This document shows, piece by piece, positions 28,023 to 36,695 of a stretch of 64,000 nucleotides of DNA. A program made the translations under genes and the position numbers. This DNA comes from Bdellovibrionota bacterium (GTDB taxonomy: Bacteria; Bdellovibrionota_C; UBA2361; OMII01): positions 64,001 to 128,000 of the forward strand of contig JBIJBE010000001.1 in assembly GCA_044345405.1 (NCBI GenBank). Direction: 5' to 3'. The stretch's first letter is position 1. Every line of letters begins with the position of its first letter. The notes under the pieces are model-generated. The model was not told where the DNA came from. It searched no databases and saw nothing but the letters and a program-made list of their open reading frames with translations.

Positions 28023-28877
28023 CTAGCTCTGTCCTTTAACGGCCCACCGCTTGAGTGCTCGCCCCATCTGTTGTTCGAACTCAGTGGACGAGATGTTGAA
28101 GGCGGTTTCGAATGCCGCGTCCTTGTCGATTCCATCTCGAAGGAGCATGAAGTAGGCGGCAAGCGCCGGGAATCCGTACTTCTCGGCGACGAGTCGAGTG
28201 GCGAGAAGCGATTGCGCGTAGGCAGCTGGTACCATCTCGGGTTTGAGCTTCGTGAATCCGCCCTGCAGGAGGCTTAGCGAAATCGGCTCATGAGTCTTAA
28301 GCCACTCACGAAGCGCTTCCCGTAATCCCGGACTCTCCTCCCCCTCAAACCATTGAGCCAGGCCCTCATCGAGCCAACCTGGAAGATTTCCCGCCGAGAG
28401 CGCGGAGAGAATTGCGTGCGTGTACTCGTGGCGCACGGAGCGGTTGAGGTTCTCGATGTCGATCGCTTTCCCTTTCGCGAGAGGAAGGATGATCTGTCCT
28501 CGAAAGAACATCGCGTTGGTCCACTTCGGCGCGCCGGTGAGTTCGAAGAACTCCTCTTCGTCCATCAACCGAATCGAGGTGCTAAAGGCCGGAAGGTCAG
28601 CGAAGAGTCTGGTGAAGTGATCGTGCGTGGTGTTGAGAACCGTGATGAGGCTTGAGGCTGTCTCAGACCAACGGGTCGGCGCGATCAGGGTCAACTTGCT
28701 CCCGTTGGCTAGGTTGATCGGGGTAAAGCGAAGCGGTGAAGTTTCGTCCGGTTGCGCGTAACGGGCACGCTCGCCAGGTTGGTTTTCAGCATGAGCTGGC
28801 GCGTGCGAGATGAGAACCGCGGCGACGGTGCTCGCCATAAGCGGCGTGGTGAGCTGTCTTAACCTTGTTAGGAACAT
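28023..28877 (-). CDS. Secreted peptidase MA-like (gluzincin) metallopeptidase
   Basis: Signal peptide; RHEYTHA..PGWLDEGLAQWFE; AYAQS. Confidence 0.85.
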   Translation of the reverse strand: MFLTRLRQLTTPLMASTVAAVLISHAPAHAENQPGERARYAQPDETSPLRFTPINLANGSKLTLIAPTRWSETASSLITVLNTTHDHFTRLFADLPAFSTSIRLMDEEEFFELTGAPKWTNAMFFRGQIILPLAKGKAIDIENLNRSVRHEYTHAILSALSAGNLPGWLDEGLAQWFEGEESPGLREALREWLKTHEPISLSLLQGGFTKLKPEMVPAAYAQSLLATRLVAEKYGFPALAAYFMLLRDGIDKDAAFETAFNISSTEFEQQMGRALKRWAVKGQS

Positions 28878-29148
28878 AGTCCTGGTGCCTCATCGTTCGC
28901 CGTTGCTCCGCACCGGCGTAGGGCTGAAACGTCAGCCTCTGGTGTATGTTTTCGGCACGTTCGGTGTTTTTCATGAGCGGTTCCTGAAGCCAGAAAGGGT
29001 ATTTAGAAGGTGCTGTTGGGGCAGTACGTTAGGCTGGCGATGAGTGCCTGGGTCGCACTAACTTGTTGAATTACGTAGCTTTAGTGCGACGAGTGGCGAA
29101 TCAGCGGTCCTTGCGGGGGCTGAAATAGGGTGAAAGGGGGCTCCATCC

Positions 29149-29178
29149 TTGTGAAAGGAGCCTATTCCTTAGTACAAT
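29149..29178 (+). promoter_or_regulatory. Putative sigma-70 promoter of erpA
   Basis: TTGTGA-N18-TACAAT followed by an AT-rich segment that could be an Rrf2/IscR-type operator. Confidence 0.4.
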
Positions 29179-29222
29179 AAAGATTAGTAAAACTCGTAAC
29201 ATAAAAGCGTCGCCCCTCAATC

Positions 29223-29666
29223 ATGGGCGCTCTTTGTTCAAAGGATTATTCTATGTCGTGTTCAACAACTGGTTCGTGTGGCAGCGGTAGCGGAAATAAG
29301 AATGTAGCGGCAGCTGACACCGGCTTCGCGGCTACTGATGAGATGCCTATCCTCCTTACCCCTTCAGCTATCGACGCTGTGTCGAAGGCTCTCACCGAAG
29401 AGGGCGAGGCTGGTGATTTCCTTCGTATCTCCGTCGTTGGCGGTGGATGCTCGGGATATCAGTACGGTCTTGATTTCGATAAAGAGGAGCGCATGGGAGA
29501 CCTCGCTCTCGACTTCGGCGGCGTGAAGGTCGTTGTCGATCCTGTGAGCGCTGGCTACCTTCGTGGCACGGTCGTTGATTACGTGACCGGGCTTAATGGA
29601 ACGGGATTTCAATTCAAGAACCCGAACGCTAAGCGGACCTGCGGATGCGGAAGCTCCTTTAGCTAA
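29223..29666 (+). CDS. erpA: Fe-S cluster carrier protein, HesB/IscA/ErpA family
   Basis: LRISVVGGGCSGYQYGL, F-NPNAKRTCGCGSSF; start uncertain. Confidence 0.9.
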   Translation: MGALCSKDYSMSCSTTGSCGSGSGNKNVAAADTGFAATDEMPILLTPSAIDAVSKALTEEGEAGDFLRISVVGGGCSGYQYGLDFDKEERMGDLALDFGGVKVVVDPVSAGYLRGTVVDYVTGLNGTGFQFKNPNAKRTCGCGSSFS

Positions 29667-29690
29667 ATCTCTCTGACGAGAGATCGTGTG

Positions 29691-29730
29691 ACGCCAACCA
29701 TCGCCTGAAAGGAAGATGGTTGGCGTTTTT
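29691..29730 (+). terminator. Intrinsic terminator
   Basis: ACGCCAACCATC..GATGGTTGGCGT followed by TTTT. Confidence 0.85.
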
Positions 29731-29823
29731 ATTTCGGTTTACTATAAGCTCGATCATGAGACTGCGTAGCGCGAGTGACACTCGTGTGTACTACAGAGCG
29801 GTCGCTCTCAAGGATGGAGCCCT

Positions 29824-30318
29824 ATGAAGACCAGAAACTCCCTTTTTCTTCTCTCGATACTCGCCGTCTCGGGTTGTTCGGTAGAGAAAGTTCGTGACGG
29901 CTCTATCGCCAATCTTTCGCACGCGAACGCCTTTGAAAAATTAGAGGTTGCCGCCACTCCAGAGGATCAAGCTCGCGATGAGATCCTCGCCGCCCCGACC
30001 GAGTTTGTTGTCGCTATTGAGCAGGATCGCTTCGCGTGGGAGCGAGCTCGATTCTTCCTCGAGAACTATGGTGGCGGTAGCGGCACTCCGAGCAATGCCG
30101 TCGTGAAGGTTGTCGGCTCTCGCAGAGGACTCTCAAGCGCTCCAGGTCCTAGCCCCTACACCTATGAGGTGTTCAAAGACTTCACACCTGAGGGATATCG
30201 ATATTCGGTACGGTGCGTGACTACGAACGGCGATGGATCCGACGCCGCCCTTAACGCAGGCAACTTCGCCCGGTTCATCCGCGAGGGGAAGCTTGAGAGG
30301 TCGTTGATCGTGCGGTAG
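29824..30318 (+). CDS. Hypothetical lipoprotein
   Basis: Lipobox VSGC after a signal peptide; GGAG RBS. Confidence 0.75.
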   Translation: MKTRNSLFLLSILAVSGCSVEKVRDGSIANLSHANAFEKLEVAATPEDQARDEILAAPTEFVVAIEQDRFAWERARFFLENYGGGSGTPSNAVVKVVGSRRGLSSAPGPSPYTYEVFKDFTPEGYRYSVRCVTTNGDGSDAALNAGNFARFIREGKLERSLIVR

Positions 30319-30339
30319 GGAGACTCTGCCCCGAGGTCC

Positions 30340-30408
30340 GGGAGGGTGGTCAGCTTGCCTCGACGTAGCAAAGCGGAGGCGGGTCCTGACCGCCGCGTTA
30401 CGTAGGGC
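30340..30408 (+). repeat. REP-like hairpin with a 31-nt insertion in the loop
   Basis: GGGAGGGTGGTCA-[30353..30383]-TCCTGACCGCCGCGTTACGTAGGGC. Confidence 0.8.
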
Positions 30409-30524
30409 GATTGTTATCCACGGTTCTCGACCATCCCACCACCCCAAATACCGTGATGCCCCCCTCGTTGACGCGTGCTATGTGGCTCTTCATACGCATA
30501 GATTTTTGCGAAGGGAGAGGAACG

Positions 30525-31799
30525 ATGCAAAGCGAATTAGATAGTTATTCTCAGGGGTTCAGAGAGAGGCTTGAGCGATACGCTGACCTCGTTATCTCCT
30601 ATGGGCTTAACGTCCAGCCCGGGCAGCTGGTGAATATCTCTAGTGAGGTCATTCACCGCGCCTTCGTGGGCTTGTTGGTTGAAGCCGCATATCGACGTGG
30701 CGCGGGGTATGTGCACGTCGAACTCGTGGATCCCCTCAACGTTCGATCGCGAGTTTTACATAGTCGTCCTGAACATCTGAACTCTCTCCCGGCATTTTTT
30801 TCCGCCAAGTTCTCCGAGCTCGTCGATGTGAGCGCCGCGAACCTCAAGGTGCTCGGGCCGGAATATCCTGACTACCTCTCTGATCTCGATCCGACCGCGG
30901 TCAATGATGTGAGGAAGGCCACATACGTCGCCGCAAAACGCTTTTACACTGAGGGGATCGGGAAATCGACGGTGCATTGGTGTGTGATCGCCGCAGCCAC
31001 TCCGGCGTGGGCGGAGAAGATCTTTCCCGACCTTCGAGGTCGCGTCGCGGAGGAGATGTTGTGGGGAGAGATCTTCAAGATCTGTCGAGTTGATCAGAGT
31101 GGTTACCTCGAGCGATGGCGTGAACATAACCTTCAGCTCAAGCGGCGGGCGGAGCGACTCACCTCGCTTCGGATTCGCGAGTTGAAGTTCTCCGGACCGG
31201 GCACTGACCTCACCGTTGGGCTCTCCCCGAAAGCTCTCTTCAAGGGTGGGATGGACAGGACGCCGGCGGGTCATGAGTTCGAACCGAACCTTCCGACGGA
31301 GGAGTGTTTCACAACCCCGGACTGGCGCAGAACCGAGGGCGTCGTCACGGCAACGAGACCGTTTTATGTGAATGGAAAGCTCATTAAAGATCTCACAATA
31401 ACCTTTAAAAATGGGCTTATTTCGGGCTTTTCGTGTAGTGAGGGCGCGTCGACCTTGGAGTCCTACCTGAAGAGTGATGAGGGGGCGAATCGTCTCGGAG
31501 AGGTCGCGCTCGTTGGGATCGACTCCCCAATTTTTGAGAGCGGTTTGACCTTTCAAGAAATACTCTACGATGAGAACGCGGCGTGTCACATCGCTGTGGG
31601 GTCCGCCTATAAGGGATGTCTCCAGGGAGGAGCCTCGATGTCCGATGAGGAGTGCGCCGCGCTCGGATGCAATACCAGCTCCGTACACACGGATATCATG
31701 ATTTCTAATGAGGAAATCGACGTTCAGGCTGTGCTTGAGAGTGGTGAGATGATCGATCTCCTTGTGCGTGGGAGATGGGTTGGTGAGTTCGCGATCTGA
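30525..31799 (+). CDS. Aminopeptidase, peptidase family M29 (AmpS/PepS)
   Basis: GLNVQPGQ, PNLPTEECFTTPD, RLGEVALV, LYDENAACHIAVG, SSVHTDIMI; start at MQSEL after an RBS. Confidence 0.92.
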   Translation: MQSELDSYSQGFRERLERYADLVISYGLNVQPGQLVNISSEVIHRAFVGLLVEAAYRRGAGYVHVELVDPLNVRSRVLHSRPEHLNSLPAFFSAKFSELVDVSAANLKVLGPEYPDYLSDLDPTAVNDVRKATYVAAKRFYTEGIGKSTVHWCVIAAATPAWAEKIFPDLRGRVAEEMLWGEIFKICRVDQSGYLERWREHNLQLKRRAERLTSLRIRELKFSGPGTDLTVGLSPKALFKGGMDRTPAGHEFEPNLPTEECFTTPDWRRTEGVVTATRPFYVNGKLIKDLTITFKNGLISGFSCSEGASTLESYLKSDEGANRLGEVALVGIDSPIFESGLTFQEILYDENAACHIAVGSAYKGCLQGGASMSDEECAALGCNTSSVHTDIMISNEEIDVQAVLESGEMIDLLVRGRWVGEFAI

Positions 31800-31990
31800 T
31801 CGTCGCGTGATCATGATCGTGATGAGTGAGAGATCGCCTGACGATGCGCGCGGAGAAAATTTTCACTCTCTTGAAACCATCTGGGGATCTCGTGTCATCA
31901 AAAAAGGGCTTGTCAAGAATTGCAAGCGGTGTCAACCTGCAGTCAATGAGGTCTCGTTCGTTGCTCACTGACTATCTGAAAGGGTAGTGA

Positions 31991-32370
31991 GTGAGCGGCG
32001 AAAACAAAAAGAATCTTCGCTCTGAAGGTTCGTGAGATGGCAGAGAACCGTCGCCCGTTGGTAGTTATAGGTATGGTGCGGCGAAGTTAAAGTAAGGTTC
32101 GCGGTGATTCGAAAGGATCATCGATTTGGCGGTAATCGTTAAGCTTCGTAGCTTGTCTGACGACAAGCAGTGATGAAGCAAAAAAAGCCGCTCTCGCCAA
32201 GGAAAAACGGCTTCTTTCGCAAGGAAAAGCCGCTCTGAGGTGAGAGGGGATAAGATTTCGGTCAAGCTAAGCTTGGTGAGGTTGAGAGATTCTCTCGAAG
32301 ACCAATAAGTTTGGCTAGGTCGGTAAACCAACGTAGACGGTGAGTGGAGATTATTCCATTCGCCATCAAA
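31991..32370 (+). ncRNA. Candidate structured leader / ncRNA of unknown class
   Basis: Many hairpins, including GAAA-, GCAA- and UUCG-capped stems, plus long-range GAGCGGC/GCCGCTC complementarity; no credible ORF. Confidence 0.45.
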
Positions 32371-32384
32371 CAGGAGAAAAGAAA

Positions 32385-32462
32385 ATGGCAGCTAAGAAGA
32401 AAGCAGCAAAGAAGACAACAGCTAAGAAGAAGACCACAAAGAAGGCAGCTAAGAAGAAGTAA
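32385..32462 (+). CDS. 25-aa Lys/Ala/Thr-rich histone-H1-like peptide (MAAKKKAAKKTTAKKKTTKKAAKKK)
   Basis: CAGGAG RBS 8 nt upstream of the ATG; biased codons (AAG, GCT/GCA, ACA); terminator directly downstream. Confidence 0.8.
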   Translation: MAAKKKAAKKTTAKKKTTKKAAKKK

Positions 32463-32482
32463 GCTGACTCTTGTCTTTTTTG

Positions 32483-32524
32483 GGAGCGGCCCTCGTTCTT
32501 CGGAACTTGGGCCGCTTCTTTTTT
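32483..32524 (+). terminator. Intrinsic terminator
   Basis: GGAGCGGCCC..GTTC-TTCG-GAAC..GGGCCGCTTC followed by a T run. Confidence 0.85.
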
Positions 32525-32609
32525 GCCCAAAGGGCGGTTTTGATACGAGGTTCTATTAAAATCAACCCGGGCCGAGGCAAGGATATTTTCGTTTTTTGGG
32601 GTGTGACCC

Positions 32610-32701
32610 GGGAGGCCGGTCGTCCCCGACCGCCGCGTTGCGTAAGGCGGACATCATCTAAAGTGCGCGAAATTTCGACGACCGAGGACGGTCGCCCTCC
32701 C
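32610..32701. repeat. Inverted REP-like pair (BIME-like)
   Basis: GGGAGGCCGGTCGTCCCCGACCGCCGCGTTGCG (+) and CGACGACCGAGGACGGTCGCCCTCCC (-). Confidence 0.8.
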
Positions 32702-32717
32702 GCGACGCCAGTCCATC

Positions 32718-34247
32718 CTAGCGCAAATTCCTTTTCAACCCCTCAAGCCACCGACTCGAATTGCTGGTGTTGGTGGTCCCCGATGTCGCTAGGCCGTACC
32801 GGAGCTTAGCTGGCGCCGAGATGGTGCGGGAACTTCCGCACACCACTTTCGCCTTAAAGTAGAAGCTTTGCGTTGAGGTGAGGGGTGGCGCCTCCGCGGC
32901 GAATGAAGCGACCCGCGCGGTGCTTGTTGTCGCTCGACCAAGATTCCGGGTGGAGATCGGAGTGTATCGCCGACCATCCCCTGAACCGTACAAGATAACG
33001 GAGCATGAGGAGCTGCCTGTGGTGGTGAATGTGACCTGCGCATTAAATCGGGTCGGATCGGTGCTGTCGAGCGTTATGGTCGCGGGTGAGAGAAGTTCCG
33101 AACCGAGACATGATCCAGTTGAGGTGACGAAGTTGTAGATGCTTGTCAGAGCCCGCGACGTGAACCGGTTGTTCGCCTCAGTGATGGCGGGATTCATAAT
33201 AGAGTTGGCCTCACCGTCGTGTGTAGCGCTTAGGTTGTGCGCGAGCTCGTGCGCGGCGAGGAATGGTTGGAGCCCCGCGCTGACATCGCGCGAGAGCCCG
33301 ACGCCGTATCGGCCCCCCTGTGTACACGCCGCAGCGACATAGGCGATGCCGATCGTGAGTCCTTCAACGGACCGACCGGTGAAAAGGTGTCGAACGTCGG
33401 CGGGTGAGTTTGAAGCGAAGGCTCCCTGGCGGAACTCCTCCAAGAGATTGAGCGCGTCGATCGAGCCCCGTCGGCCGGTGGGTGATGAAGAGACTCGCTG
33501 ACTGACTATCTTAACGCGCACGCCAAGGCTTGAGGCGTAGATAGTGTCGACAGCGTTGAGTACGGCTCTGATGTACGTGTTGGTGTCGTCGCCGTGGATT
33601 CGACGGAATTCGTAATCAGCCTCGGTGGCGACCTCAAGAACGCGCGCCGGGCTAAAGAGCCCCGCTCGGTTCGCGCCAAATTTTCCACCAGAGGGGCGAT
33701 TTACGCGTCGCTTGCGAGAGGCGGCTGAGGTCGATGGTTCGTCGGCGTGTTCGTTCCCGTGACTTCCACACTCAAGCGTTTTCTCAGGAACCCGGGAGAC
33801 CCGTACCCGTTTGGTGATGAGCTTCGAGTCAGCTCGGGTGAGCGAGACGATTGCGGCCGCGGGTCTTCCGGTTCGTCGACTCGTATAGAAGATCCAGGCG
33901 CGGCGGTCGGCGATCGTGAGGGCGGCGGGGAGTTTCTCTCTCTGGAAGTTTCGTGGTCGCGCGTATCCAGAGAAATGCACCTCTTCGGTGGTGGTGGTGG
34001 CGGATTCGTGTGGAGCGAATACGAAACGCTCGAGTCCCTCTTGGGTGCGAAGGGTTACGTGAACCGTTTTGCTATCCGTTCTCTCAAGGGATACGAGTCG
34101 AGCGGTCACCGTCGGGATAGCGGCCGCGTCACACGCACAGGCTACGAACATACCCAGAGCAAGTGTGAGGATGGAGTAGAGGGAGGTCCTGAATCGGGAC
34201 ATAACGACCGCGAGAAGGATAGGGTTGTACAACGAAGCCCCGAGCAC
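32718..34247 (-). CDS. Secreted reprolysin-like (M12B) zinc metalloprotease
   Basis: VLEVATEADYEF, IGIAYV, HELAHNLSATHD and the Met-turn SIMNP. Confidence 0.85.
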   Translation of the reverse strand: MLGASLYNPILLAVVMSRFRTSLYSILTLALGMFVACACDAAAIPTVTARLVSLERTDSKTVHVTLRTQEGLERFVFAPHESATTTTEEVHFSGYARPRNFQREKLPAALTIADRRAWIFYTSRRTGRPAAAIVSLTRADSKLITKRVRVSRVPEKTLECGSHGNEHADEPSTSAASRKRRVNRPSGGKFGANRAGLFSPARVLEVATEADYEFRRIHGDDTNTYIRAVLNAVDTIYASSLGVRVKIVSQRVSSSPTGRRGSIDALNLLEEFRQGAFASNSPADVRHLFTGRSVEGLTIGIAYVAAACTQGGRYGVGLSRDVSAGLQPFLAAHELAHNLSATHDGEANSIMNPAITEANNRFTSRALTSIYNFVTSTGSCLGSELLSPATITLDSTDPTRFNAQVTFTTTGSSSCSVILYGSGDGRRYTPISTRNLGRATTSTARVASFAAEAPPLTSTQSFYFKAKVVCGSSRTISAPAKLRYGLATSGTTNTSNSSRWLEGLKRNLR

Positions 34248-34379
34248 CGCCTGCAGGGCCTTTACGTTTAGTATCAGAGGGGTAAACGCTAAGGAAGCCG
34301 GAACGTTGGAAAAGGGGCGTTAGAGGTGGTTATGGTTTGAATTAGGAGGTGGCGGTGGGGTTGACGCTTAGTAGATTGC

Positions 34380-34471
34380 GGGAGGGCGAGCATTCCTGCT
34401 CGCCGAAACATTTCATACCGCAATCGGTCTTGGCTTCACGTAACGCGGCGGTCAGGAATGACTGCCCTTCC
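34380..34471. repeat. Inverted REP-like pair (BIME-like)
   Basis: GGGAGGGCGAGCATTCCTGCTCGCCG (+) and ACGTAACGCGGCGGTCAGGAATGACTGCCCTTCC (-). Confidence 0.85.
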
Positions 34472-34514
34472 TGGGTGCCGGCTCCCGGTAAGGGGGGGAG
34501 GATGGCTGACTCCG

Positions 34515-36362
34515 CTACCGATCAAACCCGATCCCCAACGACGCGTTCTCAGGTCCAAGCGCTTCACTTCTGAGACGGGCGTTGAACATCTGACCAGCGG
34601 CGAAGATGACTCGGGGCTCTCCTGCGTTTGATCCATCTGGACCGTCTCGGAACGGAAACGCCACGTCGATACGGGCGATGCCGCCGCCTGATGCTCGTGG
34701 GAAGCAGAACCGCAGTCCGAATCCCGCGTCCGCGTAGAGATCGGAGGTGAGGAGGTCTCCGAGCGAGTTCGATGCCGCTCCTCCGACATCAACGAAGACC
34801 GCGGTTCCTAAGCTCACCAGTTGGAATATGTCGTCAGCGATGTGCGAGCGCTCCTCGAGGTTCAGCACCGCGCGTTTGTCACCAGCGAATGTGTTGATCT
34901 CATACCCTCGCAAACCGGTGTCCGCGCCGAGAAGAAGTTGTCTGTCCTTGTCCAGCTTCTCTCCGAAATCGATGTAGAACTGGCTCGCGAAGGTGTGTCG
35001 CCCGAAGAAGCGCTCTCCCATGTAGAGATCTCCCATGACGGAGTATGCCTTCCACTCGGTGCGGATGATCGTGTTCTGTATCTCCTCCATGGTGTGGTCG
35101 TACCGCGTGGCTCCACCGATCTCTCCGCGAAGGAATGACGAGTTCGACGTCTTCCATCCTTTGCTTCGATTCGCTGTGGCAATTATCGAGTTGTCTCGTG
35201 AACCCAAGGAGCGGGGGGCGATCTGCATGTTTACGAGCGATTCATCCCCGAGGTTGTAATCCTCGACCCGGTCGAATCGGTCGATGTAGTTCATCGAGAT
35301 AAACTCGGGATGGATCGTCTGATACTGGAAGAGCGGTCCACTGAAGCGCCTATCGGTCGCGAGGTCGGCAGGATTGTTGCTCACCGTTGAGGGGTCGAGA
35401 TCGAGGTCCTGATAATCCTGCTCGTCGGCCTGGTGGAAGGTGGCGTCCGAGTAGCTGTATCCCACGGAGTATCGTTGCGAGAGGACCCACTGTCCCTTGT
35501 AAATACCGGTGTAGGGATCATCCTCCTGTGCAGGAAGGGCGCTTGGCCCCGCGAAGGTATAGAGGGCGTCGAAGCTGTTGAGGTGCTGGCGATAGATATA
35601 GGTCTCGGTTCCCGCGTTCCATAAACGGCCGATAGTGTCCGCGGTACCGCCGTCAAATGACCACGCGTCACGCTGCATCAGGCTTCGAAAGGGGAGTCCG
35701 TACGCGAAGCGAGTCGTTGTTCCGTCGGAACGGTCAGCGGCTCCGAGGAGGAAGTTATGACGGGTGCCTAGAAATTGAGGATCCTGCACCGCGGCGCCAA
35801 AGCTGTTTCTGGAGGCGTTCTGCTCGTATTTCGTTTCTACCCGGGTGGCTCCGCCGAGGAAGTTACCCTCCGAGATGCCAACGCCCTGATTGCGTTGACC
35901 GGTTCCCGAGGAGTAGCTGAGGTAGGGGATCAGGGTCCATGAATCCCTGGCCTCGACCATCACGTCCACCGCGTTGCCATCAAAGGTGGGGGTTATCTTG
36001 ATCTGTCGCAGAAACCGTTGCAGGCGGAGATTTCGAGCCGATTGCTTAATGAGATACGGATCAAAGGTGTCGCCCTCTCGAAAGAGGAGCTCCGTGCGGA
36101 TAACACTGTGCATGGTCGGAGTCTTGAGGCTGTTGACCAACCCATACGGGCCGCTGTCGTCCTCGAAGATCTCGCCAACTTTTATAGTAATTTTGCGGAT
36201 ATACCGCTTCTCTTTCTGAGGTTGGGATTTGTCGAGCGGAGCATCCGGATCGGTGACCGTAACCCCCTCAACCTGCATCGTCGTTGCCGCAGGCTCCGCA
36301 TAGCTCGATGTCGGGAGCGTTACCAGGGACACCGCAATTATGAGGAGACGAAAGAGGGGCAT
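34515..36362 (-). CDS. Omp85/TamA-like outer-membrane beta-barrel protein with POTRA domain
   Basis: VIRTELLFREGD POTRA; ISEGNFLG; LGADTGLRGY; RIDVAFP; start set at MPLFR. Confidence 0.85.
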   Translation of the reverse strand: MPLFRLLIIAVSLVTLPTSSYAEPAATTMQVEGVTVTDPDAPLDKSQPQKEKRYIRKITIKVGEIFEDDSGPYGLVNSLKTPTMHSVIRTELLFREGDTFDPYLIKQSARNLRLQRFLRQIKITPTFDGNAVDVMVEARDSWTLIPYLSYSSGTGQRNQGVGISEGNFLGGATRVETKYEQNASRNSFGAAVQDPQFLGTRHNFLLGAADRSDGTTTRFAYGLPFRSLMQRDAWSFDGGTADTIGRLWNAGTETYIYRQHLNSFDALYTFAGPSALPAQEDDPYTGIYKGQWVLSQRYSVGYSYSDATFHQADEQDYQDLDLDPSTVSNNPADLATDRRFSGPLFQYQTIHPEFISMNYIDRFDRVEDYNLGDESLVNMQIAPRSLGSRDNSIIATANRSKGWKTSNSSFLRGEIGGATRYDHTMEEIQNTIIRTEWKAYSVMGDLYMGERFFGRHTFASQFYIDFGEKLDKDRQLLLGADTGLRGYEINTFAGDKRAVLNLEERSHIADDIFQLVSLGTAVFVDVGGAASNSLGDLLTSDLYADAGFGLRFCFPRASGGGIARIDVAFPFRDGPDGSNAGEPRVIFAAGQMFNARLRSEALGPENASLGIGFDR

Positions 36363-36695
36363 TTCTAAAACTGCGTTTAAACAGAGCGCGCCATCCAAGA
36401 TGGTTGGAGGGCGGTGTGCCAAGGATTTTCTCCCAGGTGCCGCCCACATGTGGGAGGGAAAAACCTACGAGTACCCCTTGTTACTACTGGTAAGATGCAT
36501 GATCCGTCAATCAGAGAAGAGTTTATGCGTAATAAATTTGCCGCACGATTCGTACTCGATTTTTCCCGATTGGAAACGGGGGTTTTAAGCGTTCGTCAGA
36601 TCGGTTTTTTTGGCGCGAAGAGAGATCGTGCGAGCGGAAAAGTTAGAAGTGTCGGTCCGGATATCGTTGTGAATTCATTGACGGGATGGAGGTAG

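Noticed and set aside
30756-31814. 352-aa antisense ORF
   Set aside because: Lies opposite a clear M29 aminopeptidase; typical GC-rich shadow ORF.
31991-32370. RNase P RNA, tmRNA or tRNA identity
   Set aside because: No GGAAAGTCC motif, no tRNA-like ends and no CCA terminus seen.
32344-32559. 71-aa ORF in the track
   Set aside because: Out-of-frame read of the 25-aa peptide gene; it has no RBS and runs through the terminator.
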